DNA from: Candidatus Poribacteria bacterium
Lineage (GTDB): Bacteria; Poribacteria; WGA-4E; PCPOR2b
Length of the DNA: 64,000 bases
NCBI GenBank assembly: GCA_965215015.1
Contig: OZ244042.1
Span: forward strand, 3,744,001 to 3,808,000
Reading direction: 5' to 3'
A model generated the notes under the pieces. It was given only the letters and a program-made list of their open reading frames with translations, ran no database searches and was not told where the DNA came from. The position numbers were made by a program, and so were the translations under genes. Below are positions 11,001 through 22,118 of this stretch, piece by piece (position 1 is the stretch's first letter; every line of letters starts with the position of its first letter).

Positions 11001-12953
11001 ATGCGATTTTACCTTTCCTTTCTCTCAACCCTCCTCCTCCTTCTTAATGCCGCAGAATTAGCGGCTCGGACGGATCTCTCTATCATTAACCCAATCACCG
11101 ACTTCACGACAAATAATCAAACGGTACGAATCAAGGGAATCGTTAAATCTTCAGTCCGAGGCGAAGTTATCATTTCGACCAATACACCCGCGGGCATCCC
11201 AGATCTCGCGCAATTGGCACACTCAATTTACGGGATCCTCGTAGACCTCGGCAGCGTGCAGGAACTCAAGGGGATGCTGATTCGGCCTGTCGTCGATCGA
11301 GGGTTTCCCCGCGGGCCGCGGTTGGCGCGCATCACCTTTACTGAGGACAAATCCAATTTCTCAGAAGGCCAATCCTTTAACATTCCATCGGGTATAGATC
11401 CCGACTTCCGAAGCACGGTCGTTGATTTTCCATCAGTCATCCCCGCACAATTCATTCAGATTGAGATGATCGAAGGGTGGCAGATTGACCCAATCTCGAT
11501 TGAATCAATCCAGTTTTTGGATACAAGCAATCGGGTTATACAGGGACAAATCCAATCCATTGCAATCCGACTCCCCCTAACAGATATTTGCGATCCGAAT
11601 CTGACCGAACCCTACTGTGCCGCCTTTTCGATGGAAGTGACCCTCAAGGCTGGAGAGAACCGACTTGCGGTAACTGCGAAGGAACTAGCACCATCGGATC
11701 CAGATTCGCTGAATACCGCGGATAGAGAAACGATTTCCCTCTTTTACCTCCCTGAGCTACAGCCTAAAGCGGCTGATGGCGGGGTTTTCACCTTGAGCGA
11801 TGGAGACCGAGCAACCATTGTCATTCCCGAGGATGCCTTTGGTGAACACATTAAAAAATTACAATTTTTTTTAGTGCCCCCTGACGAAGTTGACCCTCTA
11901 TCTTATCGGGGAAACAGCCGTATTGCTAAAGGAACGGCACCGGTAGTTGTGTACCGTTTTGAAGCACTGCGCCAAGGTGCCTTTGCCGCCAAAGCGACAA
12001 GCGCGTTACCTGACCAACCGCCCACCTTCGCTGCGGATGGCATCTTGGAGCCACCGTCCACATGGGTCGCAGGTCTTGTGCCACTGCCCGTCAGTTTGAC
12101 CATCGATCTTGAGGTGCGACGCACTGTCAGCCGCATGGTTGTGCACGCTAATGTGGAAGGGGAGGTCTCCTTCGGCCCACAGCGTGCAACACTCCTCGCA
12201 TCAAACGATAACGAAAATTTCACAAGCGTGCTTGAAGTCACAACCTTTGAAGATCGAGCCACTACTATTGATCTACCAACACGACCATCCGCTCGTTACT
12301 TTCGCCTCGAAATCACAGAGAGCAAGCAAGCGAATAACATTCAACTCAATGAGGTTGAGTTTTTCGATGCGTCCGGCGCGAAAATCGTGTCTTTTGACGC
12401 CTTCGATCACCTGATCCTTGACCGTCCTGCACTACTTGAATTGGGCTATCGCCCTTCAGATCTGATGGTCGCAAACATCACACGAGAGGCGGATTTGAAG
12501 GTCTTCGCTTGGGATGCATCCACGCAGGAATGGCAGTTGGTCGGCGGTGAAACTAATCTGAATCGGCAGGCTGTCCGTTTGGCACTCAACTTCATTTCTC
12601 AAGTTGCCTTGTTTCAGGCAGTCTCATCGCAGATTCAGGCAGCGTGGAGTTTCAACCCCTTCTCGCCCGATGGCAACGGAATCGCTGACCGAACGCGACT
12701 CACAATCGTGGACGCGAATGCCTCTCACATCGGGGGTACGGAGCCGGTCGTTGAAATCTTTGATCTGCACAATAAGCTTATCCGTACCTTAGTGAATCGG
12801 ACTATAATGCGTTCCAACGCGATGAGTATCGAATGGGATGGCAGGGATGAGGCAGGCGAAATCGTGAGTATCGGTCCCTACATCTACCAGATTCAGTTGA
12901 AATTTGGCGATCAGGTCCAAGTCCGCAACGGTATTATCGTGGTGGGAAAATGA
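11001..12953 (+). CDS. Secreted protein with discoidin (F5/8 type C)-like domains and a C-terminal FlgD Ig-like domain
   Basis: Signal peptide; LTIDL...ARYFRLEI...LNEVEFF; NPFSPDGNG...WDGRDEAG...GPYIY. Confidence 0.75.
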   Translation: MRFYLSFLSTLLLLLNAAELAARTDLSIINPITDFTTNNQTVRIKGIVKSSVRGEVIISTNTPAGIPDLAQLAHSIYGILVDLGSVQELKGMLIRPVVDRGFPRGPRLARITFTEDKSNFSEGQSFNIPSGIDPDFRSTVVDFPSVIPAQFIQIEMIEGWQIDPISIESIQFLDTSNRVIQGQIQSIAIRLPLTDICDPNLTEPYCAAFSMEVTLKAGENRLAVTAKELAPSDPDSLNTADRETISLFYLPELQPKAADGGVFTLSDGDRATIVIPEDAFGEHIKKLQFFLVPPDEVDPLSYRGNSRIAKGTAPVVVYRFEALRQGAFAAKATSALPDQPPTFAADGILEPPSTWVAGLVPLPVSLTIDLEVRRTVSRMVVHANVEGEVSFGPQRATLLASNDNENFTSVLEVTTFEDRATTIDLPTRPSARYFRLEITESKQANNIQLNEVEFFDASGAKIVSFDAFDHLILDRPALLELGYRPSDLMVANITREADLKVFAWDASTQEWQLVGGETNLNRQAVRLALNFISQVALFQAVSSQIQAAWSFNPFSPDGNGIADRTRLTIVDANASHIGGTEPVVEIFDLHNKLIRTLVNRTIMRSNAMSIEWDGRDEAGEIVSIGPYIYQIQLKFGDQVQVRNGIIVVGK

Positions 12954-13379
12954 GCCCATTGCGGTGTAAGTTTGCCCACGACATGACTCAAAAAGTAGGA
13001 ATTAAGTGTTGAGATATGAATCTTGACCTACGAGCTCCGCCATGCCGTTATGTGCACAATGGTTACCGCATACGGCGTATGCCTACTACTAGCGACTTGG
13101 GTTATTATACGCCAAAAGCGATGGAAAATCAGGTAGAACTTACGAGGGAACACCGATCGGTGTTCCCTACGTACGCCTTAATAGAACCCTTGTTGTAGTT
13201 GCTCGATTCATCGGGCCTCAGGGGTGTGCTCCGACGACGAATCACCAAGGATATCCTGACTCTAGCCCAATAGTCATGGCTAAACCAACCATGAATATTG
13301 CGCGCCCTTTTCTGGTGTTGGCATTGAGCGTTCAACTGCATAATTCCTACGAAATAAAGAAGAAGCCCCACCATAGAAA

Positions 13380-13683
13380 ATGAAAACGATGAAAGCCGCA
13401 ATTCTGGGCTGCACAGGGAGAGTCGTTAGCCATTGACCCGGTTCAACCGCCGAGAGATCTCTCACCGGGCCAAGTCCTCCACACCAATGTCTGCGGCTCA
13501 CAGGTCACCATGATCGAGGGAAAACGGGGAAAGGCCCCCTATCTGTCACACCTGCTCGGACATGAAGGTTCAGCAACGATTGAAGCGGTGAATCTTGGTA
13601 TCGTTGAGATGGATGGCGAGTTTATTACGTGCCTCATCGAAAAGCCCCAGAACCCACCGACAAACCTTGTTCGCTTATATTAA
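13380..13683 (+). pseudogene. Frameshifted, truncated Zn-dependent (MDR) alcohol dehydrogenase remnant
   Basis: MKAAIL, then a frameshift into PGQVL..VCGSQ..GKRGKAPYLSHLLGHEGSATIEAV, then an early stop. Confidence 0.7.
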
Positions 13684-14121
13684 GCAATCGTGTAATAGAA
13701 ACCGATTGAATGGTTTTCACGTTAGCTACAACGAATATCAGTTGACAGACGGGTTGCGGTTGATGGTAGAATGTAGCGAGCAGATGAAGGTTGAATTCAT
13801 CAATTCGCTGCATTGCGGCACCCTAGGCCAACTGTTGAACGCCAATCGGTCTATCAAAAAGAGCATCGCAAACTTGCCAATTTCTCAATAGCGTGATTAT
13901 CCCGCCCGTTTTTATCGGAGCGGACGCAGTTATTGAAAGGACTATTATCGGTCCCTATGCCTCGATTGGCAGCAGGGCGCGAGTTATCAACATACCGTAG
14001 GGGCTTAGTTTCCTCGCCCGATAGGTTAAAAAAAACAACCCCTGTGTAGGGAACACCGATTTGCGTTCCCCACAAAAGGAAACAGATAGATTACCCATCT
14101 TGACCTTATAGGAGAAAATTT

Positions 14122-15084
14122 TTGAATCCCGTTACGTTTCAAGGCGTTTTGGCTGCACGCCGCACCGTCTATCAGTTCCTGAAGCCGACGCCATTAATCC
14201 ACTATCCAGAGCTGTCAGGGCTATTTGGCTTCAAGGCTTATATCAAGCATGAAAACCATCAACCAACGGGAAGCTTTAAGGTTCGCGGCGGCTTGAACTT
14301 TATCAGTCAACTCCCGGCAGATCTGCGGGAGCGCGGTGTGATAACCGCAACGCGGGGGAATCATGGCGGATCAATCGCGTATGCAGCAAAACAGTTCGGC
14401 GTTCATGCCACAATCGTTGTACCACACGGCAACAATCCGGAGAAGAACAGTGCGATGCGTGCTTTCGGTGCAGAACTAATCGAGCACGGCATCGATTTTG
14501 ATGAATCACGGAAGTTATGCGAAAAGCTGCAGATCGAACGTGGGCTCTATTATGTCCACCCCGCCAACGAACCGCCGCTCCTCCACGGGGTCGGAACCTA
14601 TTCCCTTGAGATCTTTGAGGACCTGCCAGAGGTAGAGGCAATCCTCGTGCCCATCGGAGCGGGGAGCGGTGCGTGTGGAGCAATCACAGTGGCGCAGGCG
14701 ATTAATCCAAACGTAAAGGTCATCGGTGTGCAAGCGGAAAACGCACCGTCGGTTTACCGCTCATGGAAGGCAGGACAGAAGCTCGAGACCAACTCAGCAA
14801 ATACAGTCGCTGATGGCTTGGCGACTCGCGTAACATTTGACCTTCCGTTTTCAATTCTAAAAGATGGAATCAGTCAGATTCTGTTGGTGAGTGAGGAGGA
14901 GATTCGAGAGGCGATTCGGATGGCACTGCGGTATACACACAACCTCATAGAAGGGGCTGCTGCGGCACCAATCGCTGCTGCCCGCAAGCTGAAGGAAGAA
15001 CTCGCAGACCAAAACGTTGTAATGATTATGAGCGGTGCAAACCTAGATACCGAAACGCTCCGGTGGACCCTGCGCGAGGAATAG
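14122..15084 (+). CDS. Threonine/serine dehydratase (PLP-dependent)
   Basis: KHENHQPTGSFKVRG, TRGNHG, PIGAGSG, SGAN. Confidence 0.92.
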   Translation: MNPVTFQGVLAARRTVYQFLKPTPLIHYPELSGLFGFKAYIKHENHQPTGSFKVRGGLNFISQLPADLRERGVITATRGNHGGSIAYAAKQFGVHATIVVPHGNNPEKNSAMRAFGAELIEHGIDFDESRKLCEKLQIERGLYYVHPANEPPLLHGVGTYSLEIFEDLPEVEAILVPIGAGSGACGAITVAQAINPNVKVIGVQAENAPSVYRSWKAGQKLETNSANTVADGLATRVTFDLPFSILKDGISQILLVSEEEIREAIRMALRYTHNLIEGAAAAPIAAARKLKEELADQNVVMIMSGANLDTETLRWTLREE

Positions 15085-15316
15085 CTATTAGAGAACAACT
15101 CAATGTATTATAGGAGTTACGCATTTGAGTTTGTAGTCGCGCGTTCATTGCGCGCCTTTAAGGAGGCATACGGCGTATGCCGTAACCGTTGTGCCAATGA
15201 TGGCATGTAGGTCGAGATTTACATCTCGACACTACAATGCCCGAATTTGCTTATTCAAGCCGTTAAATGTCAACAGAACCTCGTTCATTAATGAACCAAT
15301 CTACCGATGAACTAAT

Positions 15317-15826
15317 TTACGCATCAGAATGCTGTTTAATAGAGATGGCCAACTTCTCCACTTCCTCAAATTTTGGACGATACAAAAAGAGGCCAACGAG
15401 TGAAATTGCAAGGAATATCAAGAATGTGGTAAAATTACCATTCATAAAAAAAATTGTTAATCCAAAAGCCGCAATGCTCTCCGCAATGGCAAGCGAAACA
15501 ACCACAGCGGGCTTATATCTCGCAATGTATGGCGAAATCTGCCCCGGCGTCTTTCTCGACTCTTTGGAAAGTGGTTTGGAAGACGCCCTGTGTAACATAT
15601 ACTTCCGTACAAAATAAGCCAAGAGTAATCCAACGATTGCCACACCATATAGGATTTGCGTGATCTGCCTAACAGTTTGTGGGTGGTGCCTCTGTTCGAT
15701 GCTTTTACCAAGCAGAAAGACAAATATCAGTGATAAAACTAAGGTCAAGAACATCGCAATCCAAACAGTCCAGACCTTGAACATTCCCGCCTTTAACTGC
15801 CTTACTTCCCTTGTAGGGTCTAACAT
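15317..15826 (-). CDS. Hypothetical membrane protein (about 4 TM)
   Basis: GGGGAGGA RBS before ATG 15826; hydrophobic segments. Confidence 0.75.
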   Translation of the reverse strand: MLDPTREVRQLKAGMFKVWTVWIAMFLTLVLSLIFVFLLGKSIEQRHHPQTVRQITQILYGVAIVGLLLAYFVRKYMLHRASSKPLSKESRKTPGQISPYIARYKPAVVVSLAIAESIAAFGLTIFFMNGNFTTFLIFLAISLVGLFLYRPKFEEVEKLAISIKQHSDA

Positions 15827-15900
15827 ATTCCTCCCCTTCAATGTCCCACAAAGATGGTTCACCAGTTCAATTAACCAACGAACCCGTTAAGTTCACTCGT

Positions 15901-16449
15901 TCATTCCTCGCTGAAGCGATTGGCCACAGCAACCAAATCAAGGATATTAACGGTGCCATCTTCATTGACATCTCCTAGCAGCTCCGGACCCGTTCTTCCA
16001 AGCTGATTGGCGATGAGAACCAGATCGAGGATATTGACCACGCCATCTTGGTTGACATCATAGGACGAGGGCTGTGGTGGCTTAATATATGTGAAACCAC
16101 CCACAAGCCTATCCGATTTGCCATCAGGATTGGTGACAACGACATCGGCACTTCCCGCAACACCTGCCGGCGTCTCGACTGACAACTCGGTTGGTGAAAC
16201 GAAAATCACATTTGATGCGGCATTCCGGCCAACTGTAACAGTTGCTCCGGCCTGAAAGTTTTCTCCGATAATCTGAACGGTTGCTCCGCCGTCTACCATG
16301 TCGTTATCTGGTTCAACACGGGTAAGGGTTGGTGCGACCGATTGTGTGGCAAATTGTTGATTAATTTCCGCCTGTGAGATTGGCACAGTAAGCCATAACC
16401 CGATAAGCATCAAGCATAAAAAATAAGTTGTATATCTTATCAATTTCAT
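15901..16449 (-). CDS. Secreted IPT/TIG domain plus dockerin type I protein
   Basis: Signal peptide; GGATVQIIGENF..VVVTNPDG..FTY; two DVNxDGxVNILDLV repeats. Confidence 0.88.
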   Translation of the reverse strand: MKLIRYTTYFLCLMLIGLWLTVPISQAEINQQFATQSVAPTLTRVEPDNDMVDGGATVQIIGENFQAGATVTVGRNAASNVIFVSPTELSVETPAGVAGSADVVVTNPDGKSDRLVGGFTYIKPPQPSSYDVNQDGVVNILDLVLIANQLGRTGPELLGDVNEDGTVNILDLVAVANRFSEE

Positions 16450-16963
16450 TCTCCTTAGGACTTACACAATTGACCCCTCGAAGCCTTGCAGGTCGAAATT
16501 CATATCTTGAGCCGAAACGTTAATTTCAGCGAGGACAGTCCCTGCATCACGGCTACAGATTCGATAAACATGCCTCACAACGCCCAATTTATCGGGCGGC
16601 GACAGTTAAGCGAGGGAGGCTCATAAAGTAGTAGGCATACTCCGCGGGCCGTAAACCCAACAACCATTATGGCATATGGCTTGGCTAACACGCAACTGCC
16701 GTTAAACTCCCAGCCATAATTGGGAAAAACAAAGTACCTCCAACCCCGTAGGTGGGGCATCTTGTCCCATCTACCGCTGCGAACCCTATCTGTATCCGTG
16801 CAATCTGCGTCATCTACTGAGTCCGCGATTCAGACAATAATTATGACCACCCCTCAGTTCATCCGATTTATAGTCTATCGTGATGCGGGTTGAATTGCCT
16901 TACTACAAACTCAAGGGTGTACTACCTTCTGATAATTGCGAATCAGCCACATGCTCGTCTTTA

Positions 16964-17791
16964 TCAACCATTTTTTGCAGCCTTCATTAACTCAGCAAGC
17001 CGTTCAGCAAATCTAATCGCACTATTGTCTCCAGGCTGATAGTCAATCACTTTCCGAGCGTTTACAATGCTCCAGAAGCTGTGCGAATTGTCGCTGATTC
17101 CATACACAATCTGAAACGGAATCCCATTTTCATCTTCGATGTTTGCGGTTTCAATGCTTTTGATGAACAGTTGTGTCTGATCCTTTGCGCTTAAATAGGC
17201 GCCAAGTTCCCGATGGATGTGCTTCAAGTCCTTTGGATCTGCGGCATCGAGAATTGTCTCACGCGGCGCACCGATACGGACTTGCACGTTTTCCACCTTC
17301 TTCCCATCAACGTGCCCCGTCGCAAACACAAAACCGAGATGTTCATAGGTCTCCTTCGCCCAGCCATAGAAGTTGTCGGATAACGGACGCATGTCGGGCG
17401 TCACCACATCCCACTTATCTCCCCAGATTAGGTTTTCATAGTAATCCGCCGCATGATTAGAACTACAGACGACTGCCCGACGCACCCCCTCCTCAAGACA
17501 GATTTGGTAGAGGTTATATGCCATTTGGACGTTTGCTAACTCGTTCTCAAAGCTCCCACCCTTAAAGGCACAGTGAACAACAGCATCAACACCTTTGAAA
17601 TACGCGCGATATTTGTCTCGGTCCGGATCAGTCAAGTCCGCAATCTGAATCCCATCGACTGTCTCGCCCCCTCGATTGGTCGTCTTGACATCAAGGAGCA
17701 CGAGCGCATACCGTTCACGGAAGGTAGGTAACATTCTGCTTGCGATATATCCTGATGCCCCTGTGATAAGAACCTTCCTTTTGTCAGCCAT
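16964..17791 (-). CDS. NAD-dependent epimerase/dehydratase (uronate dehydrogenase-like SDR)
   Basis: ITGASGYIA, SSNHA, YGWAK; AGGAGG RBS. Confidence 0.88.
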   Translation of the reverse strand: MADKRKVLITGASGYIASRMLPTFRERYALVLLDVKTTNRGGETVDGIQIADLTDPDRDKYRAYFKGVDAVVHCAFKGGSFENELANVQMAYNLYQICLEEGVRRAVVCSSNHAADYYENLIWGDKWDVVTPDMRPLSDNFYGWAKETYEHLGFVFATGHVDGKKVENVQVRIGAPRETILDAADPKDLKHIHRELGAYLSAKDQTQLFIKSIETANIEDENGIPFQIVYGISDNSHSFWSIVNARKVIDYQPGDNSAIRFAERLAELMKAAKNG

Positions 17792-17873
17792 GTAGTGTGT
17801 ACCTCCTTAAATATACCATGCATAATAGCATAGCCAGCACTATCCGTCAAACAAAAAAGTCGAGATAAAATCC

Positions 17874-17902
17874 TTGACAGACACATAATATCCTGTTATA
17901 AT
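17874..17902 (+). promoter_or_regulatory. Consensus sigma70 promoter for the tRNA pair
   Basis: TTGACA-17 bp-TATAAT with extended -10 TG, 15 bp upstream of tRNA-Gln. Confidence 0.85.
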
Positions 17903-17917
17903 TTTTTCATCTGGTTT

Positions 17918-17991
17918 TGCCGGGTCGTCTAATGGTAGGACGCATGGTTCTGGCCCATGTTACGAGGGTTCGAGTCCTTCCCCGGCAGCCA
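17918..17991 (+). tRNA. tRNA-Gln (CTG)
   Basis: Acceptor TGCCGGG/CCCGGCA, anticodon arm CATGG-TTCTGGC-CCATG, GGTTCGAGTCC, encoded CCA. Confidence 0.95.
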
Positions 17992-18003
17992 GCCTTTTCG
18001 CAT

Positions 18004-18075
18004 GGCGCTATCGTCTAGGGGTTAGGACGGGTGGTTCTCAGCCATCAAACCGGGGTTCGATTCCCCGTAGCGCTA
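18004..18075 (+). tRNA. tRNA-Glu (CTC), no encoded CCA
   Basis: Acceptor GGCGCTA/TAGCGCT, anticodon loop TTCTCAG, GGTTCGATTCC. Confidence 0.93.
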
Positions 18076-18230
18076 TCGTGTCAAAATAATCCTTAAAACT
18101 GCACCGAATCTCTAAAGCCGCTGTCGGATGGACAACGATTTCATCAATCAGACCCCTGACAGCGGCTTTTTGTGTGTCCGGGGCATCTAACGCAGCCAGA
18201 AGATCCGAACCGAAGGTCGTTAGGAAGGAT
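18038..18230 (-). pseudogene. C-terminal remnant of a large serine recombinase reading into tRNA-Glu
   Basis: QKAAVRGLIDEIVVHP..LEIR resembles the LSR C-terminus; the ORF ends antisense within the tRNA 3' half. Confidence 0.5.
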
Positions 18231-18555
18231 TTATAACTTTTTGGTTTGAAAACGAACAAATCTCAGCTGAACGCTCAAAATCCCGATAGGGATTTTCAAA
18301 GTCACCCAACTCCGGAGCACTATTGTCTATCAGTTTCAAGACTGTCTGAATCAGGATTCTCAGGATTAGGAGATTTTCAGGAGGATGGATTTATAACTTC
18401 CTGCGTCTGTTAGCGCGTCTGCGTCTGGAGGGCCTCACGTTGGTTAGCAATTTTGCTTTTAAGGATTTTGACACTAGCGTCAAGGTTGGGATAGGTATGT
18501 CAACGCTTTGACGCGCATGTCAACATTTTAACAGGGGTGTCAAAATTTCGCAATT

Positions 18556-18575
18556 TGTGGATAACTTGTGGATAA
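18556..18575 (-). promoter_or_regulatory. Two tandem perfect DnaA boxes
   Basis: TGTGGATAA-CT-TGTGGATAA (reverse complement TTATCCACA twice). Confidence 0.7.
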
Positions 18576-18989
18576 CTTTTCGTGAAACGTGAAAGGGGTA
18601 CCTATGAATCGGACCTATGGTGTTATTAAGATGGGCGAAATTCGGCAGCTCGTTCCTTGTCCCTGCGACAGTCTTATTATCGTTGAGTTGGGGATGCCTT
18701 CTTCTGCCGCGAGTTGGAGCCAACTGCTCCGCTATTACGAATTTGTATTCCACGGGCGAGGGTGCTGCTAAAAATGGGTAAGGCGGAGCGTTGCCTACTA
18801 CTTTTTACGGTATGGCGGGGTGTGTTTGCTGCTTTGGGCTGAACTGTAGTTGCCTGATTTATCGGGCCTCAGGGGTGTGCTCTAGGGATGAAGGATGCTA
18901 AAAACGATTCTAATACTTTAGCATTGGGCCCGGCACTGTTATTTTTTTCTTGCCAATCCCTTGGAAATGTGTTGTAATAATAGGGTACT

Positions 18990-19014
18990 GGATAAATGGC
19001 AATATCCTTGTAAC
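18990..19014 (+). promoter_or_regulatory. Sigma54-like motif upstream of the first pspA cluster
   Basis: GGATAAATGGCAATATCCTTGTAAC; GG-N10-GT spacing; 23/25 identical to 24386..24410. Confidence 0.5.
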
Positions 19015-19439
19015 GTCCTGTTCATCACAATTGAGTTTATCGTAATGCCATTCAACATCACGATAGACTATAAATCGCCCGATAGTAGTTGGTATACGGC
19101 GTATGCTGTAGTCGTTGTGCCTCGGAACGATACTCCCCCTGCGGGGCCGGGGGGCTCTCTTCGCTTAGGCGGTGTCGTCCTTCCCCCGTAAGGAGTGAGG
19201 GCCATTCCACAGATTGTTAGGTAATTGTTAGGGCAAGCCCTAACAATCCCTTGAAGCACGAGTACTACAAGCCGCCTAACAGTCAGCGCGCAATGAATTG
19301 CGCTACTACAAGCTCTCGGGGTTCACCTAGAGCTTTACGAACTTAATGCCCCCTGCTGGGACTGAGGGGGGCGGCGCGTGCTTACTACTAGCGGCGGAGT
19401 TAATTATTTAAAAACAATGTTACAGGGAGGAACTGAACC

Positions 19440-20165
19440 GTGCAAACCTTAAATCGAGCGAAGCTCATCGTGAGATCGCATGTGAACGAGCTGCTAGAGA
19501 AAGCGGAGGATACGCGCAAAACGCGGGGGCTTATGGTGGAAGAGATGCGCCAGAATGTGCGCCATGTCAAGGCTTTAATCGCCGGTGCGATAGCCGATCT
19601 CAAGTTGATAGAACGGGAGATCGATGCCCATGGGGATAAAGCCAACAAGTGGGAGGAGAGGGCGGTCTTCGCCTTGAAGAAGGGAGAGGAAGATCTCGCT
19701 CGCCGGGCACTCACCCGCAAAGGTGAGCATATAAAAAAGGCCGATCTGTATCGTGAACAGATTGGGACGCAACAGGAGATAATAGACTCCCTCAAGTCAA
19801 GTTTGAAAATGCTGGATGCTAAGCTGGACACGATGCGCTATCAAACTGCGAAATTGGCTGCCTCTGAGAGTTTAGAGGTGTTACAGTCCACTGTCGGTGC
19901 AACACGACCGGCGGATACAGTGATTGACACAACCGCCCCGATGGAATCGGGATTCAAAGCTACCTTCGATGCCTACGATCGGCTGGTTGACCGTGTCCAA
20001 GATTTGGAAGCACAGGCGGAAGCGTTGGCTGAGTTGACGCAGGGCGATGACCTTGAGCGGAAATTTCATGAACTTGAGAATAACGAAAAGGTCGAGGCAG
20101 ATCTTGCGGCGTTGAAAACCAAAGTCCATCCTGCAAACCAGGGAGGCTCGTCCCCAACGGAGTGA
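19440..20165 (+). CDS. PspA/IM30 family protein
   Basis: WEERAVFALKKGEEDLARRAL, coiled coil, ending DLAALK. Confidence 0.88.
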   Translation: MQTLNRAKLIVRSHVNELLEKAEDTRKTRGLMVEEMRQNVRHVKALIAGAIADLKLIEREIDAHGDKANKWEERAVFALKKGEEDLARRALTRKGEHIKKADLYREQIGTQQEIIDSLKSSLKMLDAKLDTMRYQTAKLAASESLEVLQSTVGATRPADTVIDTTAPMESGFKATFDAYDRLVDRVQDLEAQAEALAELTQGDDLERKFHELENNEKVEADLAALKTKVHPANQGGSSPTE

Positions 20166-20548
20166 GGTGGATGGCTGACTTTCATCGGTTACCGTTTCGT
20201 ATTCAGGAGACAACCCAAGCCCAACTGAGTGCGGAGGAGCCAATTAGATTGTGCACGCTTGGGAGGTCTCGCCTGCTGACCCCTGATTTTGTCGTTATCA
20301 CTTCTGAGCGGGTGTTGGTGCTGGAGGAGCGTCAGATGGGGAGTCTGAGTGCGTCCTACATCAACATTCGGTGCAACCTCTCATTTTCTCAGATTACGGC
20401 AGTCAAACTAGAGCAAAGCCTCAAACACCGTATCTTTGGGCAGGCTGCTCTTGAAATTACAGTGAACGGGGATAAGCATCTGATTAACAACATCGGCTAC
20501 CGCGATGCCAAACGCGCAATGATGTTGATTTCTGCTTGCCGTGAATGA
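20162..20548 (+). CDS. Bacterial PH-domain-like protein
   Basis: VVITSERVLV...FSQITAVKLEQ pattern; overlaps the pspA stop. Confidence 0.6.
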   Translation: MRWMADFHRLPFRIQETTQAQLSAEEPIRLCTLGRSRLLTPDFVVITSERVLVLEERQMGSLSASYINIRCNLSFSQITAVKLEQSLKHRIFGQAALEITVNGDKHLINNIGYRDAKRAMMLISACRE

Positions 20549-20687
20549 CTTATAGAGGGCAGCAGATCTAGGGCTATTTAGTTTTCGGTTTTTTGACCGA
20601 TTTTGGCGGGTAGGCGGAAGCTTGTCTCTACATCGTAGGCGGGGTATCTTGCGCCGCTCAAGGAATTAAATGACCCTAGGAGCAGAT

Positions 20688-21374
20688 ATGGGCGATTTTC
20701 TTAATTACATCCTTGTCTGGTATAATGTTTGGTTTACGGCACCGATTACGTGCGTTTTTCTCTTTGCCATCTTCCAGCTTGTTATGGGAAGTTTGGATTT
20801 TGGGGGGGGAGGCAATGGGGTAGATACCGATGTTTCCCCGGACGCAGACGTTAGTGTCGACAGCAGTTCGGGCGGGGCCAGCTTTAAGGACGGGGTATTA
20901 GGAATTTTGAACCTTGGCAAGGTGCCTTTTACGATTCTCTTGATGGCACTTTTTGCTACCTGGGGGATTTCAGGTTTGATTGTTAATGAGTTTCTGAATA
21001 TCAACGTTCACTCTCCACGATCTACGCTCTGGATTTCTGTCGGGGCTGCGTGCCTGTGTAGTATATTCGGCACCCGTTACCTCGCACTGGGGCTTTCAAA
21101 GCTGTTTCCTGAAAGTAACCGTGCCACTAACGACTCTCACCTAATCGGTTTAAGAGGTCGGGTGATTAGTGGTCGGGTCACAACTACTTTTGGTACCGCG
21201 CGTGTCCCGGTGCCGCATGGCCCCGAGTTGACGGTCAGTTGTCGTGTCCGTGAGGGGGAGGATGTTCCCTTAAAGGGGGACACGGTGATTCTCATTGATT
21301 ACGATTTGCGGGGACGGATTTTTGAGGTGACCAAGGAGGAGAGTTCACTTATTTCGTTATCAAAAATCCTTTAG
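20688..21374 (+). CDS. YqiJ/DUF1449 (NfeD-like OB-fold) membrane protein, flotillin partner
   Basis: LNLGKVPFTILL, LIGLRGRV..GTARV..KGDTVILIDYD; upstream of flotillin; AGGAG RBS. Confidence 0.8.
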   Translation: MGDFLNYILVWYNVWFTAPITCVFLFAIFQLVMGSLDFGGGGNGVDTDVSPDADVSVDSSSGGASFKDGVLGILNLGKVPFTILLMALFATWGISGLIVNEFLNINVHSPRSTLWISVGAACLCSIFGTRYLALGLSKLFPESNRATNDSHLIGLRGRVISGRVTTTFGTARVPVPHGPELTVSCRVREGEDVPLKGDTVILIDYDLRGRIFEVTKEESSLISLSKIL

Positions 21375-22118
21375 GGATAAACTTCATTCTCTGCCGCTCT
21401 ACCCCAAGAACCCCACCCCTGGCCCCTCCCCACAAGGAGGGAGGGGCCATTCCACAGCTTGTTTCTGAATCAGGATTCTCAAGATTAAGGGATTTTCAGG
21501 ATGGCTTGTTAGGCGGCTTGAAGGCAGATTGTTAGGGGAGGGATTAACAGCTTGTTAGGCCTCTGTTAGGTTTCACCTAACAGCCAGCTAACAGGCTTTG
21601 AATGTGATAGATCCTTCTGAATTAAGGGGATTTGCTGGCGGGGCCAATCTGTGGCAAGTGGTATCCCTCTAGTAGGAGGTGTTCGGCTTGTGGTTTTGTG
21701 GATGTGGGGCTGAATCCTGGGTGACAGGGCATGGCAGTGTCCAAGCCGTGATACGCAGTTGGATAGGGATCGCAACGCCGGGGTCAATGTCTTTCGGGTG
21801 GGGCTTCTATCCTCTCAGGAGAAGGGGTAAGCCCATCTTCGGCTGGCTCACTTTGACGGTTGTTAGATAGAGTGATTCCACTCCTAAAGGTAAGCATCCC
21901 AATCCTTTAGGAGTGGGAATGCGTTAAAGGCTCATGTCCAAAGAAAGTGCAAAACGTAAAAATCGTAAAACGTGATGTGTGGAGGGGTGATGGCAGAGGG
22001 GGGGCACGCGGAGTGTGCCTGCTACTTTAATGGACTCGCTTGGTTTCTGTTGAACGATTGCTTAATATAAGCGTCGTTATAATGATTCGACGTGTATCCT
22101 TACACGAGGAGGTTGAAA

